Below, piece by piece: positions 1 through 7,482 of a DNA stretch of 64,000 nucleotides. The notes under the pieces were generated by a model. The model worked only from the letters and a program-made list of their open reading frames with translations, ran no database searches and was not told where the DNA came from. Position numbers and translations under genes: made by a program. Origin of the DNA: Pseudomonadales bacterium (GTDB lineage: Bacteria; Patescibacteriota; Microgenomatia; UBA1400; PJMF01); NCBI GenBank assembly GCA_020632235.1, contig JACKFY010000002.1, positions 163,954 through 227,953 on the forward strand. The letters are read 5' to 3'. Each line of letters begins with the position of its first letter. Position 1 is the stretch's first letter.

Positions 1-1
1 T

Positions 2-820
2 GACATAAAAGGCAGAATTATTATTTCCGAGGAAGGCATTAACGGCACGTGCGCTGGCACAAAAGCGGCCATAGAAGAGTACAAACGTGTCACAGGTTTG
101 GTTCCAGGGCTAGAAGATATGGAGTGGAAAGAATCACTTTCTCAAACCCAGGTGTTTCCTAAATTAAAGGTCAAGGTTCGACCCGAGATTGTGACGCTAG
201 GACTGAAAAAAGAAAGAGTCGATGTATCAATTCAGAACTCTGCCCAGTACATCGAGCCAGAAGAATTGTATCAACTGTACGAAAATGGTGAAGATGTAGT
301 GGTGATAGATGCACGAAATTTGTATGAAGGGGTAGTGGGGCAGTTTGAAAATGCCATTGTGCCCGATATCCAAAACTTTCGTGACTTTCCCGAGTATGTG
401 AAAAATAATCTCTCACACCTCAAAGATAAACAGGTAGTGACCTACTGCACAGGCGGCATTCGCTGCGAGAAAGCGTCTGCGTACCTAAAGGAGCAAGGGT
501 TCGCCAATGTTCGCCAGCTACATGGCGGTATTCATACGTATGGCGAAAAAACAGGTGGCAAACACTTTCAGGGCAAGCTGTATGTCTTTGATGGGCGAGT
601 GGTGATGGATGTCAACACGATTGACCCATCAATTATCAGCCAATGTCAGTTTTGTGGGGCAGAGACAGCAGCGTATCGTGACTGTAGCGAGCCATCATGC
701 GGCCCACAGTTTATCTGTTGTGATGGGTGTTTTAAAGAGAATGGTGGATATTGTGTGGGGCACGCAGACGCCCAACTACTAAATGACGATCTTTCTGTTG
801 AAGTAACTGTTGCTGTATGA
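2..820 (+). CDS. trhO: Rhodanese-domain tRNA U34 hydroxylase TrhO/YceA family (UPF0176). The 5' end is truncated by the window; the reading frame continues upstream of the M at 98.
   Basis: CTGGIRCEKAS rhodanese active-site loop. Upstream in-frame peptide ..ISEEGINGT.. is typical of YceA/TrhO. C-terminal Cys-rich tail. Confidence 0.65.
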   Translation, partial: DIKGRIIISEEGINGTCAGTKAAIEEYKRVTGLVPGLEDMEWKESLSQTQVFPKLKVKVRPEIVTLGLKKERVDVSIQNSAQYIEPEELYQLYENGEDVVVIDARNLYEGVVGQFENAIVPDIQNFRDFPEYVKNNLSHLKDKQVVTYCTGGIRCEKASAYLKEQGFANVRQLHGGIHTYGEKTGGKHFQGKLYVFDGRVVMDVNTIDPSIISQCQFCGAETAAYRDCSEPSCGPQFICCDGCFKENGGYCVGHADAQLLNDDLSVEVTVAV

Positions 821-1104
821 ACTCAGCTGAGATTGAACCAAGCAGAGATTTTATTACTATTTTGCTAGCCCAAATCAGTGGCTGGACAGCTGAAGATCAA
901 CAAGATTATGGAGGTGACGAAGGGTTTTTAAATCATGTAGCGGGCAACCTCGCAACCATTGTACAGGCCATGGATGTCCAGCAAATAGAGAGTCTTTTTA
1001 CTCTCCATAATCAAGAAATAGCAAAAGCTTTAGCACAATCTCCTTCTAGAGTATCACTTGAAGCATTGCGGAGTCGATTGCAGGCTGATTTTGAGAGTAC
1101 ATAA
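817..1104 (+). CDS. Hypothetical small protein (95 aa); ATGA start/stop overlap with trhO.
   Basis: ORF only; translational coupling with the upstream gene. Confidence 0.35.
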   Translation: MNSAEIEPSRDFITILLAQISGWTAEDQQDYGGDEGFLNHVAGNLATIVQAMDVQQIESLFTLHNQEIAKALAQSPSRVSLEALRSRLQADFEST

Positions 1105-1286
1105 GATGCGCCTTCGTTTTTATTACTTCTTTTGAGCATATTTTGTGTTGTACACTAAAGTATCAGGCTCGATCTCTCTGTGGTCGGCGATTGATATGCG
1201 AAGAGAACTGAAATCTGCATAAATTTGTATAAACACACTGTGTTTTTTTGGACGCCCCTTACTTAGAAAGAGTGAGGGGCGTCATG

Positions 1287-1292
1287 TATAAT
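1287..1292 (+). promoter_or_regulatory. Putative -10 hexamer TATAAT reading into the tRNA-Trp region.
   Basis: TATAAT lies about 10 nt upstream of the first tRNA-like fragment. No good -35. Confidence 0.25.
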
Positions 1293-1301
1293 GTTCTCCC
1301 A

Positions 1302-1376
1302 GCGGACCATAGTTTAATGGTAGAACAGAGGTCTCCAACCCCCCGATGCTGTAATCGGGGACGATTCCGGAGACAC
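1302..1376 (+). repeat. tRNA-Trp 5'-half-like fragment (acceptor, D-arm and anticodon loop TCTCCAA) fused to a CCCCGAT-N6-ATCGGGG hairpin.
   Basis: ATAGTTTAATGGTAGAACAGAGGTCTCCAA matches a canonical bacterial tRNA-Trp 5' half. No matching anticodon-stem 3' strand or T-arm follows; instead the hairpin 1341-1360 and GGAGAC, which pairs with GTCTCC. Confidence 0.5.
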
Positions 1377-1378
1377 AA

Positions 1379-1449
1379 GGGCTCATGATGTAACGGTAGC
1401 ATTAAGGTCTCCAAAACCTTCCGTCCAGGTTCAAATCCTGGTGAGCCTG
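1379..1449 (+). tRNA. trnW: tRNA-Trp (anticodon CCA); 3' CCA not encoded.
   Basis: Manual fold: acceptor GGGCTCA/TGAGCCT (one G-U pair); D-stem ATGT/GCAT; anticodon stem AAGGT/ACCTT with loop CTCCAAA; 4-nt variable loop; T-arm CCAGG-TTCAAAT-CCTGG. Confidence 0.75.
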
Positions 1450-1458
1450 CATAGTCTC

Positions 1459-1500
1459 CAATCCCGACGTTATAGTCGGGACGAATCCTGGTGAGCCCAC
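1459..1500 (+). repeat. Third tRNA-Trp-derived fragment: TCTCCAA plus hairpin TCCCGAC-N6-GTCGGGA plus AATCCTGGTGAGCC (T-arm 3' strand and acceptor 3' strand).
   Basis: Direct similarity to segments of the intact tRNA-Trp at 1379-1449. Confidence 0.45.
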
Positions 1501-1517
1501 TCGCACATACGTGTATA

Positions 1518-1546
1518 TTGACAAAATTAGCTAAGTTAGCTAACAT
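1518..1546 (+). promoter_or_regulatory. Sigma70-like promoter (-35 TTGACA 1518-1523, 17-nt spacer, -10 TAACAT 1541-1546) with tandem palindromic TTAGCTAA boxes in the spacer. It drives a leaderless phd-vapC transcript (ATG at 1553).
   Basis: Sequence motifs. TTAGCTAAgTTAGCTAA is a typical antitoxin operator-like site. Confidence 0.45.
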
Positions 1547-1552
1547 AGCACC

Positions 1553-1816
1553 ATGCAGATGACAACAACTGTATCGATTCACGATGCAAAAACGAATTTG
1601 AGTAAGTATATTGCTGCTGTCAAAAAAGGACAGAAAGTTTTTATTGGCGGATATGGTAAGCCAGAAGTATTACTTGTTGTTGTTTCTCCTGCTGATTTGG
1701 TTGCATCCAAAACACGTGATTTTTCACCCGCTGAAAATAAAATCACTGAACAACCAGATAGCTTTAGTGATGCAACAGAACTACTGATGCGCGACTTGAT
1801 CATGGGCGCTACATGA
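1553..1816 (+). CDS. Phd/YefM-family antitoxin.
   Basis: N-terminal ..IHDAKTNLSKYI..G..V.I...GKP..VLV pattern of Phd/YefM. Overlaps the downstream PIN gene by 4 nt. Confidence 0.6.
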   Translation: MQMTTTVSIHDAKTNLSKYIAAVKKGQKVFIGGYGKPEVLLVVVSPADLVASKTRDFSPAENKITEQPDSFSDATELLMRDLIMGAT

Positions 1817-2205
1817 AAATCTTGCTTGATACTCAGGTTTTTATTTGGCTAGTAAATGATGATCCTAGATTAGGAGCGCAAGCCAAAAAGGTAGTTGTTT
1901 CCACACAAAACCAGGTGTACATCAGTTTTTTATCTTTGTTTGAGATGGCAATCAAAGCTGCAATTGGCAAATTGAGTTTTGACCCTAGCATCATGAATGA
2001 TCTTGAAAGTATGGGAATAGAGTTGGTGCCGGGCGACTCTGCAAGTCTGTCTCAATACCAGGTGTTTAATGAGGAAAACAAAGATCCATTCGATAATTTT
2101 TTAGTGGCAGTAGCAAAAACACGTGACTATGTGTTCTTGACAAGTGACCGTTCAATCTTATCAGCTGATGCGAGCGGAGTGAGTATTATGGATGCTACGG
2201 TATAA
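1813..2205 (+). CDS. vapC: PIN-domain toxin (VapC-like).
   Basis: LLDTQVFIWL N-terminal PIN signature with conserved acidic residues; coupled to the antitoxin. Confidence 0.7.
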   Translation: MKILLDTQVFIWLVNDDPRLGAQAKKVVVSTQNQVYISFLSLFEMAIKAAIGKLSFDPSIMNDLESMGIELVPGDSASLSQYQVFNEENKDPFDNFLVAVAKTRDYVFLTSDRSILSADASGVSIMDATV

Positions 2206-2262
2206 CGGTAGCATGAGGGTCTCCAACCCCCCGATGTTGCAATCGGGACGAGTTTTGGCAGG
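2204..2262 (+). repeat. Second tRNA-Trp fragment (D-loop and anticodon loop, AACGGTAGCAT-GAGGGTCTCCAA) fused to a CCCGAT-N6-ATCGGG hairpin. It starts at the vapC stop codon.
   Basis: Near-identical to the D-loop and anticodon loop of the tRNA at 1379-1449, followed by the same hairpin type as at 1341-1360. Confidence 0.45.
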
Positions 2263-2354
2263 AATACACCTGGTAAGTAAAACCGTAATTGTAAAGTGTA
2301 GGTTATAATTATTTTAGAATACTGCAGACAGCGACGCTTTATCTGTGCGCAGGA

Positions 2355-2456
2355 GTTTGAATATTTCAACTTGAAATAACAGTATAAACAATCTTCATAG
2401 ATTGCTCATCAGCGCTCTTTAGTCTGAATATTTCAACTTGAAATAACAGTATAAAC
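2355..2456 (+). repeat. Two 35-bp direct repeats, GTTTGAATATTTCAACTTGAAATAACAGTATAAAC (2355-2389) and GTCTGAATATTTCAACTTGAAATAACAGTATAAAC (2422-2456; one mismatch), separated by a 32-bp unique spacer.
   Basis: Direct sequence comparison. Each repeat contains the perfect 15-bp palindrome ATTTCAAcTTGAAAT. Confidence 0.8.
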
Positions 2457-2785
2457 TCTTTTCTGGTGAGTGTAGATAGTTGCTTATTGAACTGCCTGAG
2501 GCTATTGGGAATCACTGAGCAATCCTCTGACAGCTCAGCTGGCTTATCTAGATTAAGTTCCTCAAAATTGACGCCACTATGTGTTCCATAGTCATCAGCA
2601 CTGAGTCGTAATATATGGGGAAAAACATATGTGAGAAGATTGAGGTTTGGGCGTGGCATCTCTTCAATCGATGTTAGTTTAGGTTGTTGCTCTTGCTCGG
2701 ATAATGCAAAAAATTTAGTAACAGCAGTATGCAATTCTCCTTGTGCTCCAAGAAATTCTTTCATACTTTGTTCTTTATTTAACAT
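2366..2785 (-). CDS. Hypothetical protein (139 aa). The C-terminal ~30 codons run through the two direct repeats, so the true 3' end is uncertain.
   Basis: ORF only. Confidence 0.35.
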   Translation of the reverse strand: MLNKEQSMKEFLGAQGELHTAVTKFFALSEQEQQPKLTSIEEMPRPNLNLLTYVFPHILRLSADDYGTHSGVNFEELNLDKPAELSEDCSVIPNSLRQFNKQLSTLTRKEFILLFQVEIFRLKSADEQSMKIVYTVISS

Positions 2786-3082
2786 TGTTGCCTTTTATTG
2801 TTCTTTATTAATTACTTGGTGCTTTTTTTGATTTTTTTTTCAAAAAAGGATTATGCTCTCTTTTTCTCTTTGTTCAATACCAAAAGAAAACAGAGGCTCC
2901 GTCGTGCTATCTGGCACAATTGTCAGGTGTAAGAATTACTCTTACCGTTAGCCACCCCCTTACTGTATTTTTGACGAGAGGGCTTTACAATGATGAGTAT
3001 GTACACATTGCTGTGTATTGTTTTAGAATAACTACAACGTACCGTCCCAGCAGGCGGGGTGGCAAAGCTTTGGTAATGTGGT

Positions 3083-3748
3083 ATGACAATACGCGAATTT
3101 TACTCTGAACTCCAAGTACCTACTAACCTTCAACGGCACATGTTGCAGGTAGCAGGCGTTGCCCGAGAAATATTGCTGTGCTGGGATGGAGTAGAAGAGG
3201 TTGACCAGCAAGCAGTTATTACCACTTGTCTCATCCACGATGTTGCTAACATTCTCAAGTTTGACCTTGAGGCCTCCCTTGACCCACTTGACCCAGCAGA
3301 GAGAGACCTTGCACGATGGACTTCCGTTCAAAATCACTATAGGGAAACATATGGTGATAACGAGCATGAGGCAGTGCTCAAGATTGCCGCAGAGTATAGA
3401 TTTTCGGAAGAAGTGCAGACACTACTTGGTTTGCTGCCTGGGTGGGCAGAAGACAGTATTTCACCAGCCGACCCGCTATTTATTGAGATGATGTTGTGTG
3501 TATATGCTGATGGTCGAGTGATGCCACAAGGGGTGGCTCCGGTTGCAGAGCGTTTTGATGACCTACTTGATCGCTATCAGGGAAAAGACCATATCCTGGC
3601 AAACGCAGAGTACATTGAGGCAGGCAGAGACCGTGCTGTTCGTTACGAACACGCCCTTCAAGCGCTTACGACCACTGATATTACGTTGATCGACACCACT
3701 ATGGCTGACAAACACGCTGAGTGGTTGCTAGAGCTTTCTTTGATGTAA
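3083..3748 (+). CDS. HD-domain metal-dependent phosphohydrolase.
   Basis: H..(L)IHDVA HD motif; helical domain. Confidence 0.6.
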   Translation: MTIREFYSELQVPTNLQRHMLQVAGVAREILLCWDGVEEVDQQAVITTCLIHDVANILKFDLEASLDPLDPAERDLARWTSVQNHYRETYGDNEHEAVLKIAAEYRFSEEVQTLLGLLPGWAEDSISPADPLFIEMMLCVYADGRVMPQGVAPVAERFDDLLDRYQGKDHILANAEYIEAGRDRAVRYEHALQALTTTDITLIDTTMADKHAEWLLELSLM

Positions 3749-3761
3749 ACTTGTCTGTCAC

Positions 3762-3880
3762 ACCGACCCCCGATGTGCATCGGGACTGGAGAAATCCCCA
3801 ACACGTCGGGGGAATGCCACACGCCTTCCTCCCTTTCGTAAGGGGAGAGATCAAGCGATAGCGTGATAGAGGGGTTTTTT
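3762..3880. repeat. Composite hairpin mosaic element in a convergent intergenic region: CCCCCGATG-tg-CATCGGG hairpin, TCCCTTTCGTAAGGGGA hairpin, and the 30-mer ATCAAGCGATAGCGTGATAGAGGGGTTTTTT.
   Basis: Modules recur at 59285-59372 and 60403-60489. The 30-mer is near-identical at 60459-60489. Confidence 0.7.
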
Positions 3881-3906
3881 TCTCTCTTCTCCAGGGAGAG
3901 TAGTCT

Positions 3907-5754
3907 CTACAGCAGCAGCAATAGCGCAGCACCTAGTGCAAGCGTAGCTACACCAATCTTGGCAATCAGTGAGAAGTTAAACGCACCAGTCTGGGGTAGT
4001 TCTTCAGGAAGGACTGGTTGGACAGGAGCAGGTGTCTGATAGACAGGAGTGGTAGGTGGAGCAACCGGAGCTCTGCAGTTGGTCTGAGTAGGATAGGCAC
4101 CCATTCTGCACGCACCCTCGTGACAGATGTAGCCACTACCTATGGTCTGACACTGCGCATCGGCACTACACGTGCTGTTACAGGCATACGTACCCTGTGC
4201 TGTTTGACACGTCGTACTACTTGGATTATTACTCATTCGACACACTCCTGTGCTGTTACCATTCTGTTTGTAGCAGACATAGCTATTGTTTGCCTCCTGA
4301 CACTGTGAGTCACTTGTACAGCTGCTGTTACAGGTATAAGTGATAAGTGAGGGAGAAGGGCTGACACTTGGACTCACTGAAGGGCTCACGCTTGGACTGG
4401 GAGAAACCGAAGCACTTGGAGACGGACTCACGCTGGGAGGAAGTGAGCAGGTAGCACTTGTGGGGTTAGCCTTCAGCCTACATCTGTACTCTTCTCTTTT
4501 TTCCATGGCAGGATCATCAACCAAGGTGCAGGCGTAGCCTGAACCCAATGCTTGTGAACAGGTATCCTCACCTGTTGCCGTTGAGAGGGGAATACAGGTG
4601 CTGTTACACACCGGTGCTTGTGGAGAAGGACTCGGAGAGGTTGTTTCAGGACAATACCCCAAGTTAAAGTTAATATCACTGACAGGAATATCTCGTTGAC
4701 AACTACCATCAGCGATCTCTCTGATAATAGTGTTGTTATTGATAAGAGAGATACCCTCAACATTACTATCAGGACAGGTAATGCCATTGTCTCTCCCTGT
4801 ATAGGCATCAGTAGCTGATGCATCAGGGAACTGCGCATTACCAATAGGTCGAATAGCACCGATGATTTGAGATGCCGGAGCAGTAATACTCCATCTACCA
4901 GTACGATCAGTCACTGCTCTCCACAGATCATCGTTTCTCTGACCAATGGTGATGTTTGATTGATATACCTTCTCACCGGTTGATTTCACCACACAGTAGG
5001 CGCGACCAGAGAGGGTGATGTCTTCTTGGGGCGTAGTACATCCAGGAGTATTTCCTTGATAGTAGACAACACCGTCATAGTTGAAGCAAGAGCCACCTGG
5101 ATCAACAAAATCCTCAGGTTGGCAATCAGCCCTATCTGATACATCGACTTGGATAGTTTGATTGCACGCAGTAGTAATAGTATCTAAATTTACAGATCGG
5201 AGCGGGCCCTGCATGTTAGAGAGACATGCATCATGTCTTCCTTCACAGGTAAAGACGTAAATATAACGATCAGGTTGAGACTCGACGCTACACGTCCTAT
5301 CCATAACCGTACAGATGGGCTTACCATTATTTCTATCCCGAGCGCATGGAGTCATAGAAGGGTCTCCATTAAACTGAGCAGGGAGCGGATCAGCATCTGG
5401 ACCGCTATAGAGTTGTGGAGGACTAAAGGTTCCAGGAACGCCACAAATGGCTAGAAATCCCTCATTTCTTACGATATCGGTAGTTCCAGGATCAATAGCT
5501 GCTTGATTTCTTAAGTCTTGATTTTGTTTTATTAAAAATACTCCTGCTAGAGAACCAACCGTGAGGACAAGGAGGAGTAATCCTGCAAGCACAAAAGAGG
5601 TGATGTTTCTTTTTGACTTCGTACTTCCTAAAGAAGGTGCTGTTTCCACTGGTGCGCGCGCACTCTCTGTAGCAGCACTATCAGTTGTACCTGGTTGTTG
5701 GAAGTCTGGAGGATGAGTGTTGATCATTGTGTTGTTCGCACCACTACAGTACAC
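3907..5754 (-). CDS. LPXTG-anchored cell-surface protein: N-terminal TM/signal anchor, repeated Cys-rich modules, SPSV low-complexity linker, C-terminal LPQTG plus hydrophobic tail.
   Basis: LPQTG followed by a hydrophobic segment at the C-terminus. Repeated C..C....C..C modules. (S-P-S-V)n linker. Confidence 0.7.
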   Translation of the reverse strand: MYCSGANNTMINTHPPDFQQPGTTDSAATESARAPVETAPSLGSTKSKRNITSFVLAGLLLLVLTVGSLAGVFLIKQNQDLRNQAAIDPGTTDIVRNEGFLAICGVPGTFSPPQLYSGPDADPLPAQFNGDPSMTPCARDRNNGKPICTVMDRTCSVESQPDRYIYVFTCEGRHDACLSNMQGPLRSVNLDTITTACNQTIQVDVSDRADCQPEDFVDPGGSCFNYDGVVYYQGNTPGCTTPQEDITLSGRAYCVVKSTGEKVYQSNITIGQRNDDLWRAVTDRTGRWSITAPASQIIGAIRPIGNAQFPDASATDAYTGRDNGITCPDSNVEGISLINNNTIIREIADGSCQRDIPVSDINFNLGYCPETTSPSPSPQAPVCNSTCIPLSTATGEDTCSQALGSGYACTLVDDPAMEKREEYRCRLKANPTSATCSLPPSVSPSPSASVSPSPSVSPSVSPSVSPSPSLITYTCNSSCTSDSQCQEANNSYVCYKQNGNSTGVCRMSNNPSSTTCQTAQGTYACNSTCSADAQCQTIGSGYICHEGACRMGAYPTQTNCRAPVAPPTTPVYQTPAPVQPVLPEELPQTGAFNFSLIAKIGVATLALGAALLLLL

Positions 5755-5821
5755 GCACTGCTATGTTGCGCGCTTGACTCATAATAGAGAAGAGTAAAGA
5801 AAGGTGTCAAGGGGGAAAATA

Positions 5822-6454
5822 TTATGGCTGTAACCACCACTTTTTGAAGTTCTCTATCGTTGTGGGTTCTCCATGACCAGGTAGCACAATGGTATGCCTA
5901 GGCAAATCAAGAATAGCTTTGATTGATGTATAGAGTTTATGGCTATTGCCATATGAGGTGTCTGTTCTACCAACTGCCTGATGAAATAGTGTGTCGCCAG
6001 AGAAGAGAAGATTGCTCTGCTCTGCATAGATGCAGACCGATCCTGGAGTATGCCCAGGTGTGTGGATGATGCGCATGGTTTCCCCCAAGAGAGAAACTTC
6101 ATTTTTATAGGGAGTGGCGTGGGTGGGTACAGGGTCGACGGGGTGACCTAGCCAATGCTGGGCACTAGAGGCAGCTTTCTCAAGTAAAAATTGGTCTTTT
6201 GGGTGCAGATAGGCAGGTGTGTTGAAGTTTGTGACCACCGAGAGCAAACCCAAAACATGGTCAAAATGGCCATGCGTGAGGTAGATGGCTTTGAGTTTCA
6301 GTTGCTGCTCGATTATTTTCTCTGAGAGAAAATCTCCGTCATCTGCTGGGTCGATCAGAATACACTCGCTTGTTACTTCGTTTGAGACAAGGTAGCAGTT
6401 GGTGTGTAGTTGTCCTAGGGTGAAGACTTGGGTGGTGAGCACGTTCTTACCCAA
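5822..6454 (-). CDS. MBL-fold metallo-hydrolase (glyoxalase II-like).
   Basis: HGHFDH metal-binding motif plus downstream His/Asp ligands. Confidence 0.8.
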   Translation of the reverse strand: MGKNVLTTQVFTLGQLHTNCYLVSNEVTSECILIDPADDGDFLSEKIIEQQLKLKAIYLTHGHFDHVLGLLSVVTNFNTPAYLHPKDQFLLEKAASSAQHWLGHPVDPVPTHATPYKNEVSLLGETMRIIHTPGHTPGSVCIYAEQSNLLFSGDTLFHQAVGRTDTSYGNSHKLYTSIKAILDLPRHTIVLPGHGEPTTIENFKKWWLQP

Positions 6455-7082
6455 TCAACACACCAGTAATAGCATCAATAATGGGTGAAATTAGCTGGGA
6501 AACAGCCGAACTGCCGTTCCAGGGAAAGATTAGTGCCAGAAGGATAATATTGCCGTACCGACTCATAAATTGTTCATACTCATGCGCTATAGACTCGGGT
6601 AGGAGCGGCAGTAGTACTTTGCTTCCATCCAGAGGGTAGACGGGAATCAGGTTAAACACAGCCAACATGACGTTATAAAAGATGGTGAGAGTGGCAAAGA
6701 CCTCAAAAATCTGTGATCCAAGACCCGTACCACTACCAAACACGTGAAGTAACACTGAAAGTCCGCCTGCTAGTAGTAAGTTTGAAACAGGCCCTGCCAG
6801 GGCAATGAGCGCGCTGTCACGCAGAGGTTTTTTGAGGTTGTAAGGGTCAAAGGGTACCGGTTTGCCCCAACCAAAACCGATAAAAAAGATGAGAATAGTA
6901 CCCAGTAGGTCGAGGTGAGCCAAAGGGTTGAGGGTGACTCTACCCTGACTTCTGGCGGTGGGGTCGCCAAGCTTGTCTGCCGTCCAGGCGTGAGCGAACT
7001 CGTGAATAGAAAGAGAAATGACTAAAGCGACGGCAATCAGGATAAAGGCAGCAGGATTGCTAAAGAGGAGTTGTATCAACAT
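6447..7082 (-). CDS. Site-2 protease family (peptidase M50) membrane metalloprotease.
   Basis: HEFAHA (HExxH) within a TM helix; polytopic membrane profile. Confidence 0.7.
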   Translation of the reverse strand: MLIQLLFSNPAAFILIAVALVISLSIHEFAHAWTADKLGDPTARSQGRVTLNPLAHLDLLGTILIFFIGFGWGKPVPFDPYNLKKPLRDSALIALAGPVSNLLLAGGLSVLLHVFGSGTGLGSQIFEVFATLTIFYNVMLAVFNLIPVYPLDGSKVLLPLLPESIAHEYEQFMSRYGNIILLALIFPWNGSSAVSQLISPIIDAITGVLIG

Positions 7083-7141
7083 CTGTCACGAGTATAGTCG
7101 CAACTTGCCATCTGGTCAATGAATGGTACAATGCTTTTCTT

Positions 7142-7360
7142 ATGGCATTTGCATTTAAATTTCCCCAGTCATCCCATGTAGGGCACACAGTGTCTCATGC
7201 TAAAAATCGCTCAAAACGTCGGTTTAAGTACAATCTCCAGACTGTAACGGTGGTGGATGCTGATGGCAACAAAAAACGTATGAAGTTGCCTGTGCGTATG
7301 ATCCGCAAACTAAAAAAAGCAGGTGTGACCACTCATTGGAAAAAACCAGCGGGGAAGTAG
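7142..7360 (+). CDS. rpmB: 50S ribosomal protein L28.
   Basis: ..VSHA.NRSKRRF.YNLQ.. matches the bL28 family; size 72 aa. Confidence 0.8.
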   Translation: MAFAFKFPQSSHVGHTVSHAKNRSKRRFKYNLQTVTVVDADGNKKRMKLPVRMIRKLKKAGVTTHWKKPAGK

Positions 7361-7418
7361 GGGTTTATTTACCTTTATCTAGAGTGTTGGGAGTTATTTT
7401 TTGATTTTGTTACCACTT

Positions 7419-7446
7419 TTGCGTGTATTTTTAGGTATGTTATAAT
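7419..7446 (+). promoter_or_regulatory. Strong sigma70-like promoter: -35 TTGCGT (7419-7424), 16-nt spacer, extended -10 TGtTATAAT (7438-7446). Sits upstream of the 876-aa NTPase gene.
   Basis: Consensus hexamers in an AT-rich intergenic region. Confidence 0.45.
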
Positions 7447-7482
7447 TTTGTTATTAGGGTATTAGTATTCGCTGAACTTTGT

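Noticed and set aside
1251-1283. 13-bp-stem hairpin GACGCCCCTtACT/AGTgAGGGGCGTC as a Rho-independent terminator.
   Set aside because: The T-run precedes rather than follows the stem on the plus strand, and an A-run follows it on the minus strand, so it does not have terminator geometry for either orientation. It may instead belong to the repeat or tRNA-associated structure.
1259-1582. Minus-strand 107-aa ORF covering the tRNA-Trp locus.
   Set aside because: It fully overlaps a well-folding tRNA and tRNA fragments on the other strand, with no Shine-Dalgarno or other coding signal, so it is an artefact of the tRNA region.
2355-2456. Calling the 35-bp repeat pair a CRISPR array feature.
   Set aside because: There are only two repeat units and no cas genes in 64 kb, and the repeat carries a perfect operator-like palindrome. 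It is kept as a repeat with a CRISPR-like alternative noted in the findings, not annotated as CRISPR.
4018-5454. Several plus-strand ORFs (4018-4308, 4340-4537, 4618-4818, 5233-5454) inside the LPXTG protein gene.
   Set aside because: They are antisense to a long, motif-supported CDS and translate to low-complexity repeats of its Ser/Pro/Cys codons, so they are not independent genes.
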